Shown: positions 22,327-32,217, counted from the stretch's first letter. The stretch is DNA of 64,000 bases from an uncultured delta proteobacterium (GCA_963765675.1 CAVXXK010000001.1:576001-640000); one strand, 5' to 3'. The notes: generated by a model not told the origin, from the sequence alone. A program made the numbers and translations.

Positions 22327-22420
22327 GGTGGCACAGGCTTCCGCCTGTGTGTCTTCGAAATTGACTCCTGCCTGGCGCGAGCGCGGGCGATCTGCCTGCA
22401 TGGTATCGCCTCGGCGCGCC

Positions 22421-23620
22421 TTACTCGATCGCGAGCTTGAGCGAATCCAGTCCGCGCAGGAAGTATGAGCCCTTGTAGGTCAATTTCTCCCCGGGGTCGC
22501 GCAAGCGCATCCGCGGAAACCGCTCGAGCATCGCACTGAACGCGATATTCGCCTCCATCCGCGCCAGCGGCGCGCCGAGACAGAAGTGAATCCCCTCGCC
22601 AAACGCCAGGTGCTCATTCGGGTCGCGCGTGATATCGAACCGTTTCGGATCGGGAAACTGCGCCGGGTCGCGATTTGCCGCCGCGATCACCACCACCACG
22701 ATCGAACCCGCCGGAATCTCGACTCCGGCCAGCTCGATCGCGTCCTTCGGGAACCGCGCGGTCGATTGCACCGGACCGTCGTAGCGCAGCATCTCCTCGA
22801 TCGCCCGCGGCAGCATGCCGGGCTCGCGCCGCAGCATCTCGAGCTGCGAGGAGTTTCGCATCAGCGCCAGGGTTCCGTTTCCGATTAGATTGGTCGTAGT
22901 CTCATTGCCTGCGATCAGCAGCAGGGAAACGAAGCTCAATAGCTCGCCCGCGGTCAGCGCTTCGGAGTCATCGTGCGCCGCGACCAGCGCACTAACCAAA
23001 TCGGCACCGGGGTTGCGCCTGCGCCGCTCGATCTCGCGTCCGAAGTATTCCGCGAGCGCTTCGAGCGCCTCGATCGATTCGGCGGGCGGCGGAGAGCCGG
23101 GCAGCGTCGTTCCAGCCGCGACGATCCGATCCGACCAGTCCTTGAACATCGCGTATTTTTCCGCCGGCACGCCGAGCATCTCGGAAATCACCATCACCGG
23201 CAGGATATTGGCAAGATCGGCCATCACCTCGAACTCGCCGCGCGCGGCGGCCTTATCGACCAGCTCGCGCGCGATCTCGCGGATGCGCGGCTCGAGCTCG
23301 CGCACACGGCGTGGCGTGAAATCGCGGCTCACCAGCCGCCGCAGCCGCGAATGGTCCGGAGGATCGGAGTCGAGGACGTTGCGCGAGGCGGCAAACGGAC
23401 CTTGGTATTGATCGGGCGGCGGCGGCGGACCGACGCTCGAAAAATGCGCATGGTCGCGCAACACGCTGGTCGCATCGCGATAGCGCGCGACCAGCGCAAA
23501 CGGCGCTCCAGGTAATACGGTTACGCGCGGAGGACCGGCGAGCAGCCCGGGATAGTGCGGGTAAGGATCGGCGCGGAAATCCGGATCCCACGGATTAAAG
23601 TAGTAAGCCTGCTCGGTCAT
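22421..23620 (-). CDS. Cytochrome P450 (paralogue A)
   Basis: SDPPDHSRLR, AGNETT, EEMLRY, FGEGIHFCLG. Confidence 0.95.
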   Translation of the reverse strand: MTEQAYYFNPWDPDFRADPYPHYPGLLAGPPRVTVLPGAPFALVARYRDATSVLRDHAHFSSVGPPPPPDQYQGPFAASRNVLDSDPPDHSRLRRLVSRDFTPRRVRELEPRIREIARELVDKAAARGEFEVMADLANILPVMVISEMLGVPAEKYAMFKDWSDRIVAAGTTLPGSPPPAESIEALEALAEYFGREIERRRRNPGADLVSALVAAHDDSEALTAGELLSFVSLLLIAGNETTTNLIGNGTLALMRNSSQLEMLRREPGMLPRAIEEMLRYDGPVQSTARFPKDAIELAGVEIPAGSIVVVVIAAANRDPAQFPDPKRFDITRDPNEHLAFGEGIHFCLGAPLARMEANIAFSAMLERFPRMRLRDPGEKLTYKGSYFLRGLDSLKLAIE

Positions 23621-23647
23621 CGCGCGATAATCTCCCAGCCGAACGCC

Positions 23648-24853
23648 CTATTCGAGCGCCATCGGCAGCGCGGCCAATCCGCGCAGAAAGTACGAACCTT
23701 TGTATTCGAGCGCGGCCGCGGGATCTTTCATCTTAAGCTTCGGAAAGCGCCGCAGCATCTCTCCGATCGCGATCGCTCCTTCGAGCCGCGCCAGCGGCGC
23801 TCCGATACAGAAATGAATCCCCTCGCCAAACGCTACGTGGTCGCGCGGCTCGCGATTTATGTCGAAACGATCCGGATCGGGAAACTGCGCAGGATCGCGA
23901 TTCGCCGCCGCCAATATTATGAAGCATCGGGTTTCGGCGGGAATCACCGTGCCGCCAAGGTTCACCTCGACCGTCGTCATTCGCGAGGTCGATTGCACCG
24001 GCCCGTCGTAACGCAAAATCTCTTCGATCGCGCGCGGCATCATTTCCGGATTCCGTCGCAGCGCGTCCATCTGATCCGGATTCCTGCCCAGCGCCAGCAT
24101 CCCGTTGCCGATCAGATTGGTCGTCGTCTCGTTGCCCGCAAGCAGCAGCAGGACCACGAACGCGAGCAGCTCTTCGGCGCTCATCGCTTCGTTGTCGTCG
24201 TGCGCGGCAACCAGCGCACTCACCAGGTCCGGACCCGGATAACTACGGCGCTTTTCGATTTCGGCGGCGAAGTACGCGCGCAACGCGTCGGTCGATTGTT
24301 TGATCTCCGGCGGCATCGGCATTCCGGGAAGCGTGTTGCCACCCGTGACAATCCGGTCCGACCACGCCTTGAACATCGCATTTTTCTCGGGCGGCACGCC
24401 CAGCATCTGCGCGATAACCATGACCGGCAGCGCGTTGGCGACGTCGGCCATCACTTCGAGCTCGCCTTTGCGCTCGACCGTATCGAGCAGCCCGTTTGCG
24501 ATCTCGCGGATGCGCGGCTCGAGGTCGCGGATTCGCCGCGGAGTGAAATCGCGCGCGACCACCCGGCGCAACCGCGTATGCACCGGCGGATCGGAAAACA
24601 GCATCGTCGCCGCGCCGCGAAACGCGCCGCTCTCGATATCCTCCTGTGAGCGATTGCGCTCCGCGCTCGAAAATCGCGCCTGATCCTTCAGCGCGGCGGT
24701 AACGTCGGCATAGCGTCCGACCAGCGCGGTCGGCCCGAACAGATCGATCAACTTCGGCGGACCGTCGTTGATCGCGCTGTAATGCGGATAGGGATTGGCG
24801 CGAAACTCGGGATCCCATGGATTGAAATAGACCGGACGTTTTTCGATGCTCAC
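23648..24853 (-). CDS. Cytochrome P450 (paralogue B)
   Basis: AGNETT, EEILRY, FGEGIHFCIG. GTG start at 24853 chosen by alignment to the paralogues' YFNPWD. Confidence 0.95.
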   Translation of the reverse strand: MSIEKRPVYFNPWDPEFRANPYPHYSAINDGPPKLIDLFGPTALVGRYADVTAALKDQARFSSAERNRSQEDIESGAFRGAATMLFSDPPVHTRLRRVVARDFTPRRIRDLEPRIREIANGLLDTVERKGELEVMADVANALPVMVIAQMLGVPPEKNAMFKAWSDRIVTGGNTLPGMPMPPEIKQSTDALRAYFAAEIEKRRSYPGPDLVSALVAAHDDNEAMSAEELLAFVVLLLLAGNETTTNLIGNGMLALGRNPDQMDALRRNPEMMPRAIEEILRYDGPVQSTSRMTTVEVNLGGTVIPAETRCFIILAAANRDPAQFPDPDRFDINREPRDHVAFGEGIHFCIGAPLARLEGAIAIGEMLRRFPKLKMKDPAAALEYKGSYFLRGLAALPMALE

Positions 24854-25162
24854 GTAGGTAGCCCTCGACTCTTCCCACCGCGCGGTGGTCATTGCAGCAA
24901 GCGCGATGCCATCGCGCATGCTCGGTTTCTCCAACTCTTTCCGTTCGGGGATGCGCAGCAATCGTGCTGCATGCAGGTTGCTTCACCCTATTGCGCCCGC
25001 ACCGCTGTTGCTACGGCAGGACCTCGCCATGACCGCCGCCCGATAAAGGATAATTAAACGCGAAGCGAATCCGGAACAGGAATACATCCACCCGGGTTGC
25101 TGGTCGCCTGAGCAGCAAGCGCAATCCGATTCAGCTTCATCAGGGGCAATGAAGATCCGGAT

Positions 25163-26383
25163 TCAATCGGTCGCGAGCTCGAGCGCCGCCAGCCCGCGCA
25201 GGAAATAGGAACCCTTGTATTTGAGCGGCGCGCCCGGGTCTGCGAGCCGCAACCGCGGAAACCGCTCGAGCATCGCGCCCATCGCGATTATCGCTTCGAG
25301 CCGCGCCAGGCCCGCGCCGATACAGAAATGGATTCCCTCGCCGAAGGCCAGATGGTCGTTGGGCGTGCGCGTGATATCGAAACGGTCCGGATCGGGGAAC
25401 ATCGCGGGGTCTCGATTCGCCGCGGCGAGGATCACGAAAACTCCTGTCCCCGACTTGATCTCGTTTCCGTTCACCACGGAGTCCGACGTCGTAACGCGAA
25501 AGGTCGATTGCACCGGCCCGTCGTAACGCAGCATCTCCTCGATCGCCCGCGGCAGCATCGCGGGCGTCGCCTGGACCATCCTCATCTGCTCCGGATGCCG
25601 TCCGAGCGCGAGAGTGCCGTTGCCGATAAGATTGGTCGTAGTCTCGTTGCCCGCCAGCAGCAGCAGGATGACGAATTGCAGAAGCTCCTCCGCGCTTAGC
25701 GCCTCTGACTCGTCGTGCGCGGCAACCAGGGCGCTCACCAGGTCCGAGCCGGGAGATTTTCTGCGCCGCGCTATCTCCTCGGAAAAATAGACGCGCAATT
25801 CGGCAAACGCCGCCTTGATATCCTCGGGAATCGGCATCCCCGGCAGAGTGTTATCGGACTCGACTACCTTGTCCGACCAACGTTTGAAGGTTTCGTACAT
25901 CTCCGGCGCGACACCCAGCATCTCCGCGATCACCATCACCGGCAGCGGATTTGCCAGGTCGGCCATCAGATCGAAGCTTCCTTTGTGGACAGCCTTGTCG
26001 AGCAGCGTCGCTGCGATTTGCCGAATGCGCGGCTCGAGCTCTCGAATGCGCCGCGGAGTGAAATCGCGCGAGACCAGGCGCCGCAGCCGCGTATGCACCG
26101 GAGGATCGGATTGCAGCACCGTGGGCGTGTCGCCGAACGCGTCGGTCTGGTTTGCGAACGCGGAATCTTTGGGCTGCACACTCGAAAAATGCGCCGGATC
26201 GAGCAGGATCTGTTTCACGTCGGCGTAGCGCGCCACGAGTACGAGCGGAAAGCCCAGGTCCAGATGACGCGGCGCTCCGGCATACAGCGGCTTGTAATGC
26301 GGATACGGATTGGCGCGAAAGTCCTCGTCCCACGGGTTGAAGTAGAAATCCGGCGCCGGCGCAGTGTCGGTTGCTTCGCTCAT
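25163..26383 (-). CDS. Cytochrome P450 (paralogue C)
   Basis: AGNETT, EEMLRY, FGEGIHFCIG; ATGA overlap with the TetR stop codon. Confidence 0.95.
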   Translation of the reverse strand: MSEATDTAPAPDFYFNPWDEDFRANPYPHYKPLYAGAPRHLDLGFPLVLVARYADVKQILLDPAHFSSVQPKDSAFANQTDAFGDTPTVLQSDPPVHTRLRRLVSRDFTPRRIRELEPRIRQIAATLLDKAVHKGSFDLMADLANPLPVMVIAEMLGVAPEMYETFKRWSDKVVESDNTLPGMPIPEDIKAAFAELRVYFSEEIARRRKSPGSDLVSALVAAHDESEALSAEELLQFVILLLLAGNETTTNLIGNGTLALGRHPEQMRMVQATPAMLPRAIEEMLRYDGPVQSTFRVTTSDSVVNGNEIKSGTGVFVILAAANRDPAMFPDPDRFDITRTPNDHLAFGEGIHFCIGAGLARLEAIIAMGAMLERFPRLRLADPGAPLKYKGSYFLRGLAALELATD

Positions 26384-27033
26384 CTGACGCTCTCCTTTTC
26401 GGGCTCAGGCTGATCCAGGCCCATCCCTATGATCAAGGTTGCCGAAATCCTCTTCATGGTTTCAATCGCGCGGGCAAATTCGGGCGGGTCGGGTTCATCG
26501 GCGGGAAACAGGATTCGTTCGAGTCCCAGCGATTCGAGCTGGCCGAAAACGACCGCGATAAGATCGTTCAAATCGGCGCCGCGATCCGCCGGCCAATCCA
26601 GCATCGTGGCGAATCCTTCGAGCAATCCGTCGCCGAACCGTTTGCTCGCGTCACGCACCGCTTCGTTGAGAGCGCGCTCGGTCCGGCTCGCGACAACCAA
26701 TTCGAGCCACGCATAGAAGGTCGGTCCTTTGAAGAAAGGCCACAGCGCGTCGACCAGACCGGTCATCCGTCGCGCGCGCCCGCCCGCAGGACGCTCGGCG
26801 GACATGTCGCGCATCTGCGCAAGCCGCAGCGCGAACACATGCTCGAGGGCGCTGATTACCAACTCATCTTTCTTGGGAAAATGATGCAGTTGCGCCCCTC
26901 GCGAGACCCCTGCGCGGCTGGCAATCTCGGTGGTCGTCGTGCCGGTATATCCGCGCTCGAACAGGCACTCGACGGCCGCGTCCATAAGCCGCTGCCGAGT
27001 CTCCGCGCTACGTTCTTCTTGAAGATTAGACAT
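26380..27033 (-). CDS. TetR/AcrR family transcriptional regulator
   Basis: QEERSAETRQRLMDAA...GYTGTTTTEIASRAGVSRGAQLHHFPKK helix-turn-helix. Confidence 0.92.
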   Translation of the reverse strand: MSNLQEERSAETRQRLMDAAVECLFERGYTGTTTTEIASRAGVSRGAQLHHFPKKDELVISALEHVFALRLAQMRDMSAERPAGGRARRMTGLVDALWPFFKGPTFYAWLELVVASRTERALNEAVRDASKRFGDGLLEGFATMLDWPADRGADLNDLIAVVFGQLESLGLERILFPADEPDPPEFARAIETMKRISATLIIGMGLDQPEPEKESVR

Positions 27034-27061
27034 GATTTCTCTCGCAAAAATATAAGCAGAC

Positions 27062-27094
27062 AAGTCCGACTGATACAAGCAGTCCTGACTGTTT
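27062..27094. promoter_or_regulatory. Candidate TetR operator(s)
   Basis: Palindrome CAGTC-CT-GACTG at 27080-27091 plus a degenerate AAGTC-C-GACTG at 27062-27072, about 30-60 bp upstream of the TetR start. Confidence 0.55.
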
Positions 27095-27220
27095 CTTTCT
27101 TGGTCGAAGTGTAAAAACGGGCGGCTCCCGAGCCGTCGCGACGACGATCGGATTCATCCTGGATGGAGATGCTGCGAGTCGATTTGGCTGGCGAGCTTCT
27201 CGAGAGATCGTCCCGGATTC

Positions 27221-27244
27221 GTAGGGGCGCGTCGCGACGCGCCC
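27221..27244 (+). repeat. GTAG-type REP hairpin
   Basis: GTAG-GGGCGCGTC-GC-GACGCGCCC, a perfect 9-bp stem. Confidence 0.65.
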
Positions 27245-27266
27245 GTCTTTGCATGCCTCGCTCTGG

Positions 27267-27620
27267 ATACCATCCCCCTCCGGGGAGCTTTGCTTTGCAT
27301 AACCAATCGGAAAAGTGTGCCGATCTGTGAGGGCGAGATTCCTCGCGAGATCTGCCGCGCCAGTTGATACGCGCCCCCCATCTGCACTGCCTGCGCGCGC
27401 TCGGAATGACAATTTCTCCTGGCTTTGTGTCATTCCGAGCGCGATCAAGCACCCTGTATCGTTTCGTATGCTTCATGTTGCGCGGCAGAGGTCGCGAGGA
27501 ATCTCGCCCTTGCGCACCGGCGCACCCGTCCGATTGGTTCGCCTCCGGGAGAGGGCGGCGCGGCGCGAGGCTTGCGTTTTTTCGCAGGCATCGTGACGCG
27601 TGGGTGAGGGTTGCTGCTCT
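27267..27620. mobile_element. Second copy (inverted) of the composite MITE-like repeat
   Basis: Its reverse complement aligns along nearly its full length with 10981-11337. Confidence 0.8.
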
Positions 27621-27640
27621 GCTCTTTTAATCGCGCGCCG

Positions 27641-27806
27641 CTGCGCGTGGGCCGACGAGCCGTCGGCCGCCACTGGCAAACGAGGACCGCGATTCGGAGT
27701 AAAAACGGAAAAAATCAGTAGCAAAAGGTACGTCCGCCAAAGAGGGTGCTCGCGGAAGATTCTCTTTCTGACGGTGAAGGCCGATGGCTCTTCGGCCCAC
27801 GCGCAG
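27641..27806. repeat. Long inverted repeat (28-bp arms, 26/28 match)
   Basis: CTGCGCGTGGGCCGACGAGCCGTCGGCC ... GGCCGATGGCTCTTCGGCCCACGCGCAG. Confidence 0.7.
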
Positions 27807-28310
27807 TGGGTTTATCTGCGCAAAGAGGCTCGCTCTCGGGCCGCGCGATCTTCCCTAACGATCGTTAGATTTTTTGCCAGATTTGTTCATGGCTGAACTG
27901 TTCAGCCTTATGCCCGAATCCACTTCATGCAAAAGTGATCTCGTGGAAGCAACCCGCTCACTACCGCGCACCATTTTGCAGGGAGATGCTTTCGCGGTCA
28001 GACGCAATCATCAATCCAACCACCAAGACACAAAGGCACAAAGAACTGACGCATTTTCGCGCGCCGCGCGCGGAAATGCGTGTTCTTCCTGTCTTAGTGT
28101 CTTGGTCTTCCTTGATGTCTTCGTGTCTAGTTTTTCTTCCCGAAAATCGATGACCAAAAAGGCTGCCAAAACGAACCCAATGGCGCGAATTCAGCAGCAT
28201 CTACAAGGAGTTTATTTTCTGAGCCGCTAGAAAAGATACCAAACGAACCCACCGAATTTGACCGAGATCAAAAAATCCAAGGCACCACCTTGCCCAGATT
28301 TTGGCGAATC

Positions 28311-29111
28311 TTACTTCCCGCGGAACGACGGACGGCGCTTCTCGATGAAGGCCTTCACGCCCTCGCGATAGTCCTCGCTGTTGAAGCATCGCGCGACCAG
28401 CTCCGCTACGGCGTCGCGGTCGCGATCGGCAGGATCCTTGAGCCCCTCGCGAATCGCGGTCTTCGCCGCCTCCATCGTGAGCGGAGCATTCGCCGCCATC
28501 CGGTTCGCGTAGTCGCGCACCTGCGCCTCGAGCTCCGCGCCCTCGACCACGCGATGAATCAGGCCCATCGCGTACGCCTCGTCGGCGTCGAACAGCCGTC
28601 CCGACATCAGGATCTCGCGCGCGTTGGCCGCGCCTACCGTCTGCGTCAGCATGATCACGCCGTCGAGCGGATAGGCGAGTCCGAGCCGCGCGGCCGGGAT
28701 ACCCATGCGGGTTCCGCGCGCCGCGATCCGGATATCGCACGCCAGCGCGACCTGAACGCCGCCGCCGATACATACGCCCGAGATCATGGCGATGATCGGC
28801 TTGGCGCATTCGACCATCGACGCGATCGCGCGGCCCGGCGCCTCGCGATACGCGTGCGCCTGCTCCGCGTCGGCGCGCAGGCTCGGAAATTCCGAGATGT
28901 CTGCGCCGGAGATAAACGCCTCAGGCGTCGCGCCGCGCATGACGATCACGCGGATGTCGGGGTCTTTGTCGAACGTCTCGATCGCTTCCGGGATTCGCTT
29001 CCAGGTTCTAAGATTCAGGGCATTGCGCACCTGAGGACGGTTGAGCACTATCCATCCGAGCGGCGCCTCGGCACGCACGATAACCGGGTCGGGGGAATTT
29101 TGATCACTCAT
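28311..29111 (-). CDS. Enoyl-CoA hydratase/isomerase family protein
   Basis: NRPQVRNALN, AFISGADI, GVCIGGG, ACDIRIA, SEDYREG..AF.EKR.P.F.GK. Confidence 0.92.
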   Translation of the reverse strand: MSDQNSPDPVIVRAEAPLGWIVLNRPQVRNALNLRTWKRIPEAIETFDKDPDIRVIVMRGATPEAFISGADISEFPSLRADAEQAHAYREAPGRAIASMVECAKPIIAMISGVCIGGGVQVALACDIRIAARGTRMGIPAARLGLAYPLDGVIMLTQTVGAANAREILMSGRLFDADEAYAMGLIHRVVEGAELEAQVRDYANRMAANAPLTMEAAKTAIREGLKDPADRDRDAVAELVARCFNSEDYREGVKAFIEKRRPSFRGK

Positions 29112-29138
29112 TTGATGCATCCATTGGATTGAATTGCG

Positions 29139-29567
29139 ATGACTATTATCGACCGCGCTTCCAGTGCCGATTTTGAGCATATTTGCGAGCTGGACGAAAT
29201 CGTCTTCACGGGTCCCTCTCGCCGGGGCTTGATTGGAACCGCTCTCGCGCAGGGGCGATGCGCTATCGCGCGGGTGGACGGCCACGTGCGCGGCTACGTT
29301 ATCGCGGGCGAGTTCTTCGGCCACGGCTTCATCGAGCTGCTGCTCGTGCATCCCGATTATCGCCGCCGCGGAATCGCAACCTCGCTGATTCGCTCCGTGG
29401 AGATCGACGCGCCGACCGAGAAGCTCTTCACCTCGACCAATCAGTCGAACACCGCGATGCAGCAGCTATGCGAGCGCCTGGGTTTCGTGCGCAGCGGCCT
29501 AGTCGAAAATCTCGACGACGGCGACCCCGAGATGATTTATTTCAAACGCGTGATGCCCGGCTCGTGA
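29139..29567 (+). CDS. GNAT family N-acetyltransferase
   Basis: LLVHPDYRRRGIA acetyl-CoA motif; STNQSN..M..L.ERLGF. Confidence 0.88.
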   Translation: MTIIDRASSADFEHICELDEIVFTGPSRRGLIGTALAQGRCAIARVDGHVRGYVIAGEFFGHGFIELLLVHPDYRRRGIATSLIRSVEIDAPTEKLFTSTNQSNTAMQQLCERLGFVRSGLVENLDDGDPEMIYFKRVMPGS

Positions 29568-29574
29568 GCGAGCC

Positions 29575-30444
29575 CTACAGCTTCGCGATCACCTCGTTCG
29601 CGATCGTTTCCAGGCCGCGCGTGAGGCCGTCTTTGTCGAAGCCGGGCGGCGCGACCACTACTCGTGAGACGCCGACGTCCTGCACCGCCTTGATCGCGTC
29701 GAGCTTTGCGCGGCCCATGCACGACAGCTCGATCTCCGCGGAGTTGCGCCCGGCCTTGGTCGCCTCCAGGCTCATCATCGCGAACAGTTCCTTCAACTTG
29801 GGCGGCTCTCCGATCGCGGGGAAAAATCCGTTGCCGTAGCGGCCCGCGCGGCGCGCCGCGGCCGGCGAGTGGCCGCCGATAATGATCGGCACTCCGGTCT
29901 TGCGCACCGGCTTGGGAAAACATTGCACCGGACCGAAATTGAAATGGCGCCCGTGGAACGATGACGCGCCGTCGCTCCATAGCGCGCGCAGCGACTGGAT
30001 CGCCTCGTCGGTGCGCTTGCCGCGCTGATGGAAATCGAGGCCGAGCGCCTGGAACTCCTCTTCGAGCCATCCGCTGCCGATCCCGAGCAGCATCCGTCCG
30101 TTCGAGAGCACGTCGAGCGTCGCGACTTCCTTGGCGACGTACAGCGGATGCCGCTGCGGAAGGATCAGCACGCCGGTTCCAAGCTTGAGGTTCTTTGTGA
30201 TCGCGGCCGCATACGCCAGCGGCAGCAGCGGATCGGGAATCGCCACATCCTCAGGTCCGGGAATTTTTCCGGAGGGCGAGTATGGGTAGGGCGATTTGTA
30301 ATCATGCGGGATTACGACGTGCTCGACCGTCCAGATCGATTCGAAGCCGCATCGCTCCGCGGTCTGCGCCAGATGCGCAAACAATTGCGGGTCGGCGAAC
30401 GGACCGGAATTGACAAACATCAGGCCTATTTTCACGGCTGCCAT
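29575..30444 (-). CDS. LLM-class, probably F420-dependent, oxidoreductase
   Basis: GFESIWTVEHVV, LGTGVLILPQRHP, LDVLSNGR, GWLEEEF, PKPV. Confidence 0.9.
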   Translation of the reverse strand: MAAVKIGLMFVNSGPFADPQLFAHLAQTAERCGFESIWTVEHVVIPHDYKSPYPYSPSGKIPGPEDVAIPDPLLPLAYAAAITKNLKLGTGVLILPQRHPLYVAKEVATLDVLSNGRMLLGIGSGWLEEEFQALGLDFHQRGKRTDEAIQSLRALWSDGASSFHGRHFNFGPVQCFPKPVRKTGVPIIIGGHSPAAARRAGRYGNGFFPAIGEPPKLKELFAMMSLEATKAGRNSAEIELSCMGRAKLDAIKAVQDVGVSRVVVAPPGFDKDGLTRGLETIANEVIAKL

Positions 30445-30529
30445 GAAGTAACCTCGCGAATTCGATTTTGATACCGCAATCTACCGCGACCCGCGAATTA
30501 TTTCACCTTGAGTCGCGGCACCGTGCGCC

Positions 30530-31531
30530 CTATCGGCGAGCAATTGATTCCAGGCATCCGGTTTGCCGCAGCACCACGTCGATCGCGGCCTTGTCGGGCA
30601 ATGCGGCGTACTTCTCGCGCAGAGCGCTCAAGGATTTCGCATGATACTTTTGCGGCTTTTGCGTCCAGGTCTTGCCGGCCAACTCGACGCTGAACTCCTC
30701 GGCGCCTTTCGCGAGCGCCGCGGCGTTGGCCACCGTCCACGGCATGAAGAGCCTGCCGACCTGGCGCTCGAGCAGCGGCGTCAAGGTGGGCGCGAGACTC
30801 GACCACGGCTCGAACGGACCTTCGGCCCTCGGCCACAGCATCCGATGGATCCATGCGAGCAGGTTGGGCGCGGTCGCGTTGATGATCGCGCCGGGCGTCG
30901 GATCGGTCCACGCGTTGTACAGTTGCCCCCAGATCGCGAAATCGGCAAACGCGGGACGCTGGCCAAACAGGTAAGCGCGGTTGGCGAAGTGCGGCTCGAG
31001 GATCGCGATCGCGTCGCGGAAAGAGTCCTCGATTTGCGGCGCGGTCACGGGATTCGAGCCCACGAAAGACACGCGATTGACCATCCGCTCGCGCACCATC
31101 GCGATCCCGTTGGCAAGCTGCGCGTCGTCCAGAGTGGGCATCATCGAGCGCGCGATACGCCCCGCGCCCGATAGCTGATCCGCCTCGCGCGCCCATCGAT
31201 AATGGAACATCCACTTGTTGCCCCATTCGTCGCCGAACTCTTCGAGCAGCACCGATATGAACCTCGCGACCGGATCAGTCGGATGAATCGAGGGCTCCGG
31301 ATGAAGCGCCTCGATGTGTTCGATAATCGGGGTGGAATCCTGGATACCTTCGTTGCGCGGGGTCACGACCAGCGGCACGAGCGGAAGCTTCGAGTATTTC
31401 TGGTACTCGCCTTCGGCGTCGAGGCTGCGGGGAATCCATCGATGGGGAATGCCCTTGTAGCGGAAGTACGAACGGACCTTCACCGAGTACGGCGAGAGCT
31501 CGATGCCGTGGATTCGATATACATCAGCCAT
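30530..31531 (-). CDS. Glutathione S-transferase family protein
   Basis: SPYSVKVRSYFRYKGIP, VP, DSTPII, YLFG.RP..ADF. Confidence 0.88.
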   Translation of the reverse strand: MADVYRIHGIELSPYSVKVRSYFRYKGIPHRWIPRSLDAEGEYQKYSKLPLVPLVVTPRNEGIQDSTPIIEHIEALHPEPSIHPTDPVARFISVLLEEFGDEWGNKWMFHYRWAREADQLSGAGRIARSMMPTLDDAQLANGIAMVRERMVNRVSFVGSNPVTAPQIEDSFRDAIAILEPHFANRAYLFGQRPAFADFAIWGQLYNAWTDPTPGAIINATAPNLLAWIHRMLWPRAEGPFEPWSSLAPTLTPLLERQVGRLFMPWTVANAAALAKGAEEFSVELAGKTWTQKPQKYHAKSLSALREKYAALPDKAAIDVVLRQTGCLESIARR

Positions 31532-31554
31532 TGCAATTGTCCTCCGGTCGCGTC

Positions 31555-32217
31555 TCAGGAAATTTTCGTCTTCGCCTTCAGTCCTCGCTGTTTCAGGCGC
31601 CAGACAAGGAGATCGATCCGATCCTGTCCAAAGAACGGTTCTCCGTCGAAGACGAAGGTCGGAACGCCCCAATGGCCGGCCGCTCGATGATCCGTCTGGT
31701 TCTGTTCGATGCGGCTCTCGTAAGCTTCGGGGTCGGCGGCGATTTCGTGATCCATCGCCGCGAGATCAAGACCCGCGCGCTCGGCGGCTCGAGCAAGATG
31801 GTCACCCTGGTCCCATCCCGCCACCGATCCGCCCCAGATCAGTTTCGAGACCTCGTTGATAAAGGGCAGCCCGCGTCCTTTTTCACTCGCATTGACGCCC
31901 AGCCGCGTGAGCCGATGGATGTAAGGCTGATGAGTGGCGGTTTGCAGAGTCTTCAAATCCTGAACGACCGGATCCGGGCGCGGCCAGCCGAAGGGCAGCT
32001 TGAGATACTCGGCAATTCTGGTGGTATCGCGAAACAGGTATGGCCCGAACAAGGGATCAGCTCGCTGAAAGAAACCGGCGTCACGCACTGCCAGCGGATA
32101 GACCGGCCGCACGCGGAATTCCAGGTCGAACTCGGCTTCGAGAGCAACCACCCGCGCGACGGCGAGATATGAATAAGGGCTCCTGAACGACCAGAACAAA
32201 TCCACCTGCAAGCTCAT
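31555..32217 (-). CDS. 2-hydroxychromene-2-carboxylate isomerase / kappa-GST (DsbA-like)
   Basis: FWSFRSPYSYL; GHWGVPTFVF.GEPFFGQDRI. Confidence 0.88.
   Translation of the reverse strand: MSLQVDLFWSFRSPYSYLAVARVVALEAEFDLEFRVRPVYPLAVRDAGFFQRADPLFGPYLFRDTTRIAEYLKLPFGWPRPDPVVQDLKTLQTATHQPYIHRLTRLGVNASEKGRGLPFINEVSKLIWGGSVAGWDQGDHLARAAERAGLDLAAMDHEIAADPEAYESRIEQNQTDHRAAGHWGVPTFVFDGEPFFGQDRIDLLVWRLKQRGLKAKTKIS

Noticed and set aside
24860-25160. Small ORF or RNA between P450-B and P450-C
   Set aside because: Only a 28-codon ORF and an 11-nt repeat (GCGCTTGCTGC) are present, too weak to support a call.
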